Origin: Octopus sinensis
Taxonomy: Eukaryota
Direction of reading: 5' to 3'
Assembly: GCF_006345805.1 (NCBI RefSeq)
Contig: NW_021829026.1
Location: 1-6,995 of the forward strand
Length of the DNA: 6,995 nucleotides
The notes under the pieces: generated by a model
Told to the model about the DNA's origin: nothing
Databases searched by the model: none
Seen by the model: the letters and a program-made list of their open reading frames with translations, nothing else
Position numbers and translations under genes: made by a program
Shown: one piece after another, positions 1 to 6,995 of the stretch
Layout: each line of letters starts with the position of its first letter
Position numbering within the stretch: position 1 is the stretch's first letter

Positions 1-94
1 TAATGGTAATAATAATAATGGTTATAACAATAATAATAATAATGGTAATAATAATAATGGTAATAATAACAATAATAATAAAATAATAATTATA

Positions 95-133
<39 letters not shown>

Positions 134-145
134 TAATAATAATAA
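1..145. repeat. (TAA)n microsatellite with TGG/CAA/TGA interruptions
   Basis: Directly visible taataataat runs. This repeat explains the poly-Y/I/L ORF 22..210. Confidence 0.97.
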
Positions 146-228
146 CTACAACAAATCACAACACACACCCAAGGCACACAGAGCTGCGCTCGGTAGTGAA
201 GTGAACGCACGCTATAAAAAAAAAACTA

Positions 229-232
<4 letters not shown>
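146..232 (+). mobile_element. Probable 5'-truncated 3' end (3'UTR) of a non-LTR retrotransposon, possibly R4/Dong-like, sitting in a (TAA)n array
   Basis: Seen: GC-richer ~87-bp island flanked on both sides by (TAA)n, with an A-run at 216-225. Potential stems are cggtagt 191-197 / actactg 225-231 (7 bp, one G-U) enclosing gtg-aacg-cac 201-210, and an alternative gagc-tgc-gctc 181-191. Knowledge: Dong (R4 clade) elements insert into TAA repeats. The family assignment is from recall of octopus repeats, not a search. Confidence 0.55.
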
Positions 233-264
<32 letters not shown>

Positions 265-310
265 TAATAATAATCTAATAACAATCAATCAATCAATCAA
301 TAAATAAAAA
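233..310. repeat. (TAA)n grading into (ATCA)n/(ATAA)n
   Basis: aataataat... followed by aatcaatcaatcaatcaataaataaa. Confidence 0.93.
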
Positions 311-311
311 A

Positions 312-393
312 CAGGGTATAATAGACGTAGTGGTGTTTTATAACTGTGTGACGCATTGTTTAACAAAACTGGGCTATTATTTACTACACCCTG
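312..393. mobile_element. Imperfect ~82-bp inverted repeat, possible old MITE
   Basis: Left end cagggtataata (312-323) versus the reverse complement of the right end, cagggtgtagta (382-393): 10/12 match. Inner gtttt/aaaac arms are also complementary. CAGGGTG termini are typical of Tc1/mariner-type TIRs, but there is no TA target-site duplication. Confidence 0.3.
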
Positions 394-865
394 CGGCTAT
401 CATGTATTAATATTCTTCTTTTGTAGTGGTTAAGTGATATTTCAATATCTTACAATGCGAGACCCGTTTCATTTGCTTTCTTATAATGGCGCGTCCTAAC
501 TTTTTGGAGTACATTCTTAAATATAGTTTATTTTCAGAACTAAAATACGCACACATCGCTGTGAGAATAGACATTCGGTTTGCAAATTACTGCAAAGCAA
601 ACCATTACAAAAAGCAAATATTCTATAGACATAAATGGTAGTAAAGAATTCACCATTGCTTGGCAAACAATGAGTGACGCCATTACTAACGGCACTCCTC
701 CGAATTCCGAGGCATTTCTCTTTCGTTTACCTATCAACACCGACATAAAACACCGTTATTTTCTTGACAATGATGGATATCGTTTTACTATTTACACTTT
801 TGAAAAATCTAGAAAAGAATTGAAACCAGTCTACACCTGCTGTATCAAAATTTTATCAAAATTTC

Positions 866-867
866 AT

Positions 868-898
<31 letters not shown>

Positions 899-952
899 CA
901 TATATACACAAGCACTAATGAATGTATATATATATACATATGAATGTCGGAG

Positions 953-987
<35 letters not shown>

Positions 988-1164
988 TTATATATATTAT
1001 GAATGTCTGGAGATACATTGGCCTCTGTGAATACATACATACACACAAAAAAACATACGTATATATATATATACATGCACACAACATATATATATATATA
1101 TATATGTATATGTATAATATATATATATATATTATATATCTATCTATCTATCTATATATATATA
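866..1164. repeat. Compound (CA)n/(TA)n/(TACA)n/(TATC)n microsatellite block
   Basis: Directly visible. It produces the HTHT/YIYI ORFs. Confidence 0.95.
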
Positions 1165-1378
1165 GTTGGTTAATCCAAACAAGACACACAAAAAAACACA
1201 GCAACGCGAGGACGTGGAACAAATAAGGTATTATTAGACGCTCAGGAAAGAAGGGAAGGAGGAGGGTTTAACGTTTCGAGCGGAGCTCTTCGTCGGAAAC
1301 AAAGGAGAAGGAAAGATCCCGAGAAGGGAGGGACAGAGGAAAAACTTGCTGGCGGTGCCACGAGGGTCACATGTGAAG
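1165..1378 (-). mobile_element. Short interspersed repeat, probably a Penelope-like element pseudo-LTR remnant, inserted in (TA)n
   Basis: ~215-bp purine-rich (+ strand), GC-richer island bounded on both sides by (TA)n. It contains a minimal hammerhead motif on the minus strand, the hallmark of Penelope-like element pLTRs. Confidence 0.6.
1266..1300 (-). ncRNA. Minimal type I hammerhead ribozyme-like motif (Penelope-type variant)
   Basis: Minus strand reads GUUU-CCGACGA-A-GAGC(UCC)GCUC-GAA-AC/GU-U^AAAC. Helix I is GUUU/AAAC. The core is CCGACGA (CUGANGA with U4->C) plus one extra A. Helix II is GAGC/GCUC, followed by GAAA, a loopless palindromic helix III (ACGU) and a GUU cleavage triplet (cut between 1270 and 1269). 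Confidence 0.65.
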
Positions 1379-1415
<37 letters not shown>

Positions 1416-1419
1416 ATAA
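1379..1419. repeat. (TA)n microsatellite
   Basis: Directly visible. Confidence 0.95.
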
Positions 1420-2067
1420 TGTAAGTATGTATTTATATTGATTAACGTGCTGTAGTTGAAGATCGCTACTGATCCATGGCCATCCATACGAAACAAGCGG
1501 CGTCAAATGGTAAATGGATGAAAGAAAATTATTTAAATATATGTTATTAAATAGCATTTTGGTTTCCAAAGTGACATTTGTAGACATACTGTTAGATCTA
1601 ATGAAAACACTTTACATACATCTTGGATGCCAAATTTTATTAGAATAATACTTTTTCAATGGCGTTTCCTATCAAATGTCTACGTGCTGTATCGATGGTG
1701 TTAGGCTGAATCATAACCAATTTCACATTGACCTTGATTGAAACTTCGTTATTCATTATTCATTACTCGTAAACTAATGATGTCAAAGACCTGATTTCTA
1801 TCGATAACGTCGATATTTTTAAACATACGAACGGACGAAAATATTCAGTGAAAGAAGATGCAAAATATTTATAGATACGTTTGCAAACATATCCATAATT
1901 AAAGATGCACACCCAGAGATATACAGAACACCCCACCTCACACACAACAATAACAAAACAGCTTAGAGGCAATAAGAAAACTTTTACCCAAAAGGTTCGT
2001 AGCATTCAGATTTTCAAAACAAATTTTATTTAATTGATACTGTTTTCAAAAACTATTTCTGTGGGCG

Positions 2068-2170
2068 TTATTTACATTATTTATATTATTTACATTTGAC
2101 GGATATTTGTCCTCATCTTGTTTGTTGCTAACGCGACGTTTCGGCTGATATACCCACCAGCGTTCGTCAT
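2068..2170 (-). mobile_element. Fragment of a second hammerhead-bearing (Penelope-like) repeat with a 9-bp tandem tail
   Basis: ttatttaca/ttatttata/ttatttaca tandem at 2068-2094 forms a (TGTAAATAA)3 3' tail on the minus strand. It lies about 35 nt downstream of a degenerate hammerhead motif. Confidence 0.5.
2131..2170 (-). ncRNA. Degenerate minimal hammerhead ribozyme-like motif (probably inactive)
   Basis: Minus strand reads AUGACGA-A-C-GCUGGU(GGGUAU)AUCAGC-C-GAA-AC/GU-C^GCGU. The core has C3->A and the same extra A as 1266-1300. Helix II is 6 bp with a basal C.C mismatch, followed by GAAA, palindromic ACGU and a GUC triplet. The helix I partner is lost. Confidence 0.5.
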
Positions 2171-2495
2171 TCTGCAAACTATAATAAACATCTTAGAAGG
2201 AATTTCACCCTTTTTATAGGTGAAAGTACATGGGTCACAGCTCTAAGTCATTATGACAAATGATAGGTGATGTGTAAATATATTCAAATGTATTCCTAGT
2301 GCCAAAGTAAATATCAGACCTGTTATATTTCCTTGAAGCTGCAAATCTCGATATTTTCTTCCATACATTAAGATACGTACAATAACATATTTATATATGA
2401 CGATGCAATTTTTTGACAACGTAAGGTATAAAGTTACAAAAGAAGCATAAGGAATTATAGACAAGCTGTGGTTTATTATTTAGTTAAGCATATTT

Positions 2496-2575
2496 CGTTC
2501 CGAGTTCAAATCCCGCAAAAACCAAGGCTACCATTCATTTGGATAAGGGCGATTATACAACCGGTGAGAATATAA
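2496..2575 (+). mobile_element. Degraded fragment of the tRNA-like SINE (B-box region)
   Basis: cgttccgagttcaaatcccgc (2496-2516) aligns with cattctcagttcaaattccgc (5964-5984) of the SINE copy and contains a Pol III B-box-like GTTCAAATCC. Downstream similarity is weak, so the end coordinate is approximate. Confidence 0.45.
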
Positions 2576-2641
2576 AATAATTATTTGCAGCTTAAAATGT
2601 TATTCAAGATCGTGGCAAGGATTATAGAGATAATTATAATT

Positions 2642-2742
2642 TGATGATGAGAATGATAACGATGGTGATGGTGGTGATGGTAATTGTGGTGGGGTGGATG
2701 ATTATGTTGTTGAGCAGTTTATACTGGTGTGGAGGTGGTAAT
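2642..2742. repeat. Degenerate (GAT/GGT)n trinucleotide repeat
   Basis: gatgatga...gatggtgatggtggtgatggt...ggaggtggt. Confidence 0.8.
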
Positions 2743-2777
2743 AGATTTTAAGAAAATAAACAGAAATTATTAGCCGT

Positions 2778-2902
2778 AACACACATATGTAAATGCATAT
2801 TCATACACATAGATTCCCTATACACACAGACACAGACACACACACGCACACACATATACACACATATGATATCATATACATATATATACATACATACATA
2901 TA

Positions 2903-2947
<45 letters not shown>

Positions 2948-3120
2948 ATTTGTGTATATATATATGTGTGTATATATATGTACATCAACATATATATGTA
3001 TGTATATATATACAAGCACATATATATAATTATATATGTGTATCTATCTATATGTGCGTGTGCAGGTGTGCGTACGTTTATGCGTCTATACATATGTGCA
3101 TACGCATGTATGCTTATACG
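2778..3120. repeat. Compound (CA)n/(CAGACA)n/(TA)n/(TG)n microsatellite block
   Basis: Directly visible. It is the source of five overlapping YIYI/CVCV ORFs. Confidence 0.95.
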
Positions 3121-3502
3121 CAACAGATATCGCCTTCGAAAACATCCGTCTGAGAGAATTAAAAGATTTTTTTTTTTCTAATCGATCGAGTTGTATCGAT
3201 ACATCAATGAATAAGTCGATACCAAGAACAGAACCAATTCCATCTGCCTATCAACCAAACGCTAATTACATCATCCAGACAACGCGAAGAAGACAAAGAA
3301 TGTAAAGAATTTCTTCTATCTCTACCAAATGTTTTTATCGTAACATATTTTCTGATACTTTCGTATGGAACCAATTATGTCTGAAAGATTTTGCACAGTA
3401 AGCAAAACTTTAATAAACTTTAAGAAGTTCAGTCTTTTCCATGTTTAATAATCCTTCCGTACATTTTCAGCTTTCGTTTCCCATCATCTCATTACTCAAC
3501 CA

Positions 3503-3503
3503 G

Positions 3504-3548
<45 letters not shown>

Positions 3549-3660
3549 TACACACACATACACACACACACACACACGCAAGAAATATATATATATATAT
3601 ATTAATATATGTATACACATGTAAACATATAGACAGATATATACATAAATATAAATATAC
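3503..3660. repeat. (CA)n followed by (TA)n-rich block
   Basis: Directly visible. Confidence 0.95.
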
Positions 3661-3687
3661 TGGTACGTGGCAAATCCCCTTCATGAA

Positions 3688-3690
3688 CTA

Positions 3691-3727
<37 letters not shown>

Positions 3728-3748
3728 ATCTACTACTACTACTACTAC

Positions 3749-3779
<31 letters not shown>

Positions 3780-3792
3780 GTTGTTGTTATTA
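3688..3792. repeat. Compound in-phase trinucleotide repeat (CTA)6(CTG)7 CAT (CTA)7 CAA (CTG)9 (TTG)2 (TTA)2
   Basis: Counted from the sequence. It matches the L13-H-L7-Q-L13 run in ORF 3667..3936. Confidence 0.97.
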
Positions 3793-3940
3793 TGCAACAG
3801 GACGGGTAGACCTTGGAAAAAAAGAAAAATTTGGTCGTATTGTTGTAGTCGAGGGCTCTTTGTTGACGCCCGACACCACTGGGAGGTGGCCCCTCGAAGT
3901 CGCTGGAAATGGAGATCTCCAGGTTCAAATTCTTGACCGG
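3793..3940 (+). mobile_element. Structured GC-richer island, probable retroposon (LINE/SINE) 3' end with (CTA)n tail
   Basis: Stem tcgaggg 3849-3855 / ccctcga 3891-3897 encloses ccac 3876-3879 / gtgg 3886-3889. A perfect palindrome tggagatctcca lies at 3910-3921. The island is followed immediately by (CTA)n and preceded by (CTN)n. The family is not identified. Confidence 0.4.
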
Positions 3941-3981
3941 CTACTACTACTACTACTACTACTACTATACTACTACTACTA
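3941..3981. repeat. (CTA)n microsatellite
   Basis: Directly visible, with one 1-nt interruption. Confidence 0.96.
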
Positions 3982-4304
3982 AATTTTTGAATTATTTTTG
4001 CGATAGAAACCATAATTAAGATTCAATTACGAAAGAAATGCATTATATTTTTGAAAAATAACCAAAACATTTTTGCGTCATCCCGTTAATAATTGTAAAA
4101 TGTACATATTTTTGGCTTCTCTTTTCCACCGAACCGTTACACAAAGTCGTTTAGGAAGATATTAATAACATCTGTCAAACAATACAATAAATAGCTTTAC
4201 TTTGGCCGCCGCCTATACAAATGTAATCAATAATACTAGAGCTGTAATATCCGCAAATATAATTATTAGTCTTACGTAATACTTGAGACTAAAACTAATA
4301 GAGT

Positions 4305-5042
4305 AGATATATAGATTGTGAGCACACACACACATATATATATATATGCATATGTGTGCATGCGTGTACCTGTAAATGCCGGTGTGTGTGTGTGTATGTG
4401 TGTGTGTGTGTGTGTGAGCACAGATATATATTCACCCACGTACACATCCATCCGTATGTATCTAAATCTATCTATCTATATACACATGTTATGTGAAACG
4501 GATTATATGATATTCGTGTATGCGGATATTATGTAATTATGTTATGTATCCGCACACACATACACACATATATATATATATTTATATATGTGCATATATG
4601 TATATATACGCATGTATATATATATATTTATATATTTGTATATTTGTATATATGTATGGATATGTTGCTCTACGTGTGTGGGTACATACACACATATATA
4701 TGTGTGGGTACATACATACATACCTATCTATCTATCTATATATAAATGCATATATGTATATGGATATATATATATATATATATAATATATATATATAAAT
4801 ATATAATATATATTTATATATTTATATATATATTATATATATATATGTATATATGTAAAATGCATGTTACGCAGTAGTACTTTTACGTACGTATACAATA
4901 TATATATTATATTATAGTATATTATATATATTATATATATATAAATATAGTATATATATATATTATGTATATGTATATATACTTATATAAATGCATATCT
5001 ATGCAAATGTAGGATAGTATTTGCACATACATGTGTACGTAC
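4305..5042. repeat. Long compound (TA)n/(TG)n/(CA)n/(TATC)n low-complexity block
   Basis: About 740 bp of mostly alternating purine-pyrimidine repeats. It accounts for the ORFs between 4318 and 4798. Confidence 0.93.
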
Positions 5043-5409
5043 ATTGTTTTCTCCAACGTAAATGGATATACAATTAATCACTTTGGCTAAAATCATTTTA
5101 AAAGCCACCCGTATATTTACATATTGTACTCTGCACAGAAGATATATTCCACGTGTGCAAATTTTTATGCATTAAACCACATATCGACTGCTATATTAGA
5201 TGAAGAAAAACCATTTATTGTAAGTTCGAAAACTGGGTTGGATTGTGAGGAGAATACATGAGAAACGATCATAGATGTCATGTCAAAATAACCGAACATT
5301 GGAAATTTGATAATGGAAAAATGTGCTCCTTTACAATTGAGGCGATTAAGTATTGTGTAATAAATTTCGGGGTTTTATAACACGCGTCCTAATCTAAGTT
5401 TTAAGGTAA

Positions 5410-5850
5410 CTTATGTACTTTTCTCCCCGTCCCGAAGCTCTTTCAACATCACCTCAACTCAAATTTATCTAGAAGGGATTGTCATCCGCATATTTGAAGA
5501 CCACGCGTACGCAGCATGTGGGATCATGATGAGATTCCAGTGCAAAATAGGGCAGCTGTTAATTCTAACACTAACAATGGACAAGAAATTGTGCAGAAAC
5601 CTCAATTTTATTAAATTGAGCCGAGAAATTGGCTGAATGTAGAGAGAGAAGGCTTTGGTAATTATGATATCATCCGAAATGTTAAAGGAGTAGGAACGTG
5701 CCTAATTATCGCACGTCTTTCTTTTCTATTTTGCCATTCTTTCTTGTGCAGTCCTGCTATTTAATCCTTCAAGATGTCATATTTAATTGTTACTTAAATA
5801 CAATGAATTGCCTCCCGCCTTTGAATTTCTGTGTTTAAATCTCAGCAAGG
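5410..5850 (-). pseudogene. Possible heavily decayed L1/Tx1-clade ORF1 (gag-like) fragment
   Basis: Manual translation across frameshifts and stops gives GRQFIVFK...RRAIIRHVP / FNISDDIIITKAFSLYIQPISRLNLIKLRFLHNFLSIVSVR / QLPYFALESHHDPTCCVRVVFKYADDNPF. These blocks are collinear with my recollection of Tx1/L1 ORF1 motifs (VVFLK..KVIISNVPPFISDE..LSR.GKIVSPI..LKHVVSFRRQV..LNVVFKF.VDDF). Pattern recognition only. Confidence 0.3.
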
Positions 5851-5897
5851 CCATCTTTGCATTGTAATTTCTCGGTTGTCGATAAAAAGATTTGTCA

Positions 5898-6110
5898 GTC
5901 GGTGAGCTGGTAGAATTTCTAGTACGCCGGATAAAATGTCTAGCAGCACTTCGTTCGTCTCTACATTCTCAGTTCAAATTCCGCCGATGTTGATTTTACC
6001 TTCTTGTCCGTTCGATGACGATTAAAACTAGTTTAAAACTGGTATCCATGTAATCGATTTATACCCTCCTCAAAATTGCTGGCATTGTGTCAAAATTTGA
6101 AACTAATATT
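5898..6110 (+). mobile_element. tRNA-derived SINE, near full-length diverged copy
   Basis: A-box-like tggtagaatttctag (5908-5922) and B-box-like gttcaaattcc (5972-5982). About 210 bp long with an AT-rich end. A second homologous head follows in the window. It resembles the abundant octopus SINE (from recall). Confidence 0.75.
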
Positions 6111-6123
6111 AGATGCTAAAATA

Positions 6124-6197
6124 AGGCTGCGAACTGGCAAAATCGTTAACATGCCGAGCGAAATGCTTAGAGGCATTTCATCCGTCTTAACGTTTGA
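6124..6197 (+). mobile_element. Second SINE copy, 5' head only (breaks off before the B box)
   Basis: 6128-6194 aligns without gaps to 5901-5967 at 42/67 identities. Of the 25 differences, 21 are transitions. Confidence 0.72.
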
Positions 6198-6399
6198 AAT
6201 TGTTATATTAAATCTATGGATACTACACATGTATATTTCTATATGGTTAGCTTATTTAAGGAATTTGTCTATATTTGGACCATTTCTTATTTTGGTTACA
6301 ATTTATGACTTGTACTAGCTTTGTGTATTTTATTTAATTTTAAAGTATTTAATAATTTAAGTATTGTTTTAGTTTTCACTTATGATATTTAGTATTTTC

Positions 6400-6440
6400 A
6401 TATATATATATATTATATATATATATATTATATATATATT
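6400..6440. repeat. (TA)n microsatellite in a very AT-rich tract
   Basis: Directly visible. Confidence 0.93.
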
Positions 6441-6728
6441 AAAAGTATAGTAATTAAATTAATATTTCTATTGTTCTAGTTTATTTTTAACCCGATGAGT
6501 GGACATATTTATATCGAAGTAATTTTTTACTACTATAATCATTCTTAAATATAGCCACGAAACAGTGTCGTTATTCTAACAATTTTATACGTTATATTAT
6601 TTTTTTTGCCAATTTACTTAATCATTGACATTTTATATTTTATTTTAATATTTCTATATATGTAATTTCTGGATGGCGTAATTTAATGTTCATTTTGAGT
6701 TGATAAAAGGTGTTTTTTCTAATTTTTT

Positions 6729-6843
6729 ATATATACATACATACAACATATCATTACCACACACTCGCACACACACCCACAACAACACACACATACACAC
6801 ACACACACACATATATAATAATATGATATATATATATATATAT
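6729..6843. repeat. (TA)n/(CA)n compound microsatellite at the start of the putative intron
   Basis: Directly visible. It begins about 10 nt after the minus-strand splice donor. Confidence 0.93.
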
Positions 6844-6853
6844 GAGTGCTTAC

Positions 6854-6971
6854 GGCCTTGTGGTTCAGGTGTTTGGTTCACATACACGAGATAATCGTTT
6901 TGAAGCTGACAGAACAATTCGTTGAGTTCTTGAGCAAAGCTCTTCACTCTGCGTTTATCTATGATCACTTC
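6854..6971 (-). CDS. Internal coding exon of an unidentified protein-coding gene (EVIIDKRRVKSFAQELNELFCQLQNDYLVYVNQTPEPQG + 1 nt)
   Basis: Minus strand reads ...cactttag|GAA GTG ATC...CAA GGC C|gtaagc. The acceptor AG is at 6973-6972 (an in-frame TAG, so the frame opens exactly at the splice site) and the donor GTAAG is at 6853-6849. The exon is 118 nt, phase 0 to phase 1, with balanced composition and a helical-looking peptide, followed by an abrupt switch to microsatellite. The polypyrimidine tract is short. Confidence 0.72.
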
Positions 6972-6995
6972 CTAAAGTGCACGCGGTGCAGTGTC

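Noticed and set aside
1469-1497. CTGAT-CC-ATGG(CCAT)CCAT-AC-GAAAC, hammerhead-like spacing on the + strand
   Set aside because: It lacks the essential G8/A9, and has no helix III/NUH site or helix I; likely chance.
1799-3203. Two TATCGATA (DRE/DREF-type) palindromes at 1799-1806 and 3194-3201, the latter within tgtatcgataca
   Set aside because: An AT-rich 8-mer can occur once or twice by chance in this composition, and there is no promoter context.
4276-4288. Potential 13-nt minus-strand microexon (ttttag|tctcaagtattac|gtaaga)
   Set aside because: It would shift phase, has competing upstream AGs, and such signal pairs arise by chance in AT-rich introns. It would need RNA-seq support.
845-4798. 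Numerous 60-117 aa ORFs rich in YI/HT/CV or homopolymer runs (e.g. 845..1087, 918..1226, 2801..3305 group, 3496..4013 group, 4318..4798 group)
   Set aside because: They are translations of di- and trinucleotide microsatellites that lack stop codons in those frames, with no splice or homology support.
5601-5620. Hairpin ctcaattt-tatt-aaattgag (also tttcacc/ggtgaaa at 2203-2225 and acgtgc/gcacgt at 5696-5716)
   Set aside because: These are short stems expected by chance, and intrinsic terminators are not relevant in this eukaryotic context.
5898-5990. Possible tRNA gene (A-box/B-box)
   Set aside because: No cloverleaf can be folded. The sequence continues into a SINE body and has diverged paralogues in the same window.
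6076-6318. 80-aa + strand ORF
   Set aside because: It starts at TTG and runs across two SINE copies into AT-rich sequence, with no coding signature.
1-6995. CRISPR array or prokaryotic/phage defence system
   Set aside because: There are no regularly spaced repeat-spacer units and no gene-dense operon structure; the sequence is eukaryotic non-coding in character.

Overview
Very AT-rich, microsatellite-saturated eukaryotic (metazoan) DNA that reads as intron-type sequence. The repeat vocabulary matches my recollection of coleoid cephalopod (Octopus) genomes; this has not been verified by search. Nearly all supplied ORFs are artefacts of (TA)n/(CA)n/(TAA)n/(CTN)n repeats. Supportable content: (1) one clean minus-strand internal exon (6854-6971; AG acceptor, GTAAG donor, 39 codons, product unrecognised); (2) two unrelated short repeats that each carry a minimal Penelope-type type I hammerhead ribozyme motif on the minus strand, the same sense as the exon (1266-1300 nearly intact; 2131-2170 decayed); (3) a head-to-tail pair of tRNA-like SINE copies (about 5898-6110 and 6124-6197) plus a B-box fragment near 2496; (4) two structured, GC-richer islands embedded in trinucleotide repeats that look like 5'-truncated LINE 3' ends (146-232 in (TAA)n; 3793-3940 in (CTN)n); (5) a possible frameshifted L1/Tx1-like ORF1 fossil (about 5410-5850, minus). 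No prokaryotic genes, CRISPR arrays, rRNA or intact tRNA were seen.
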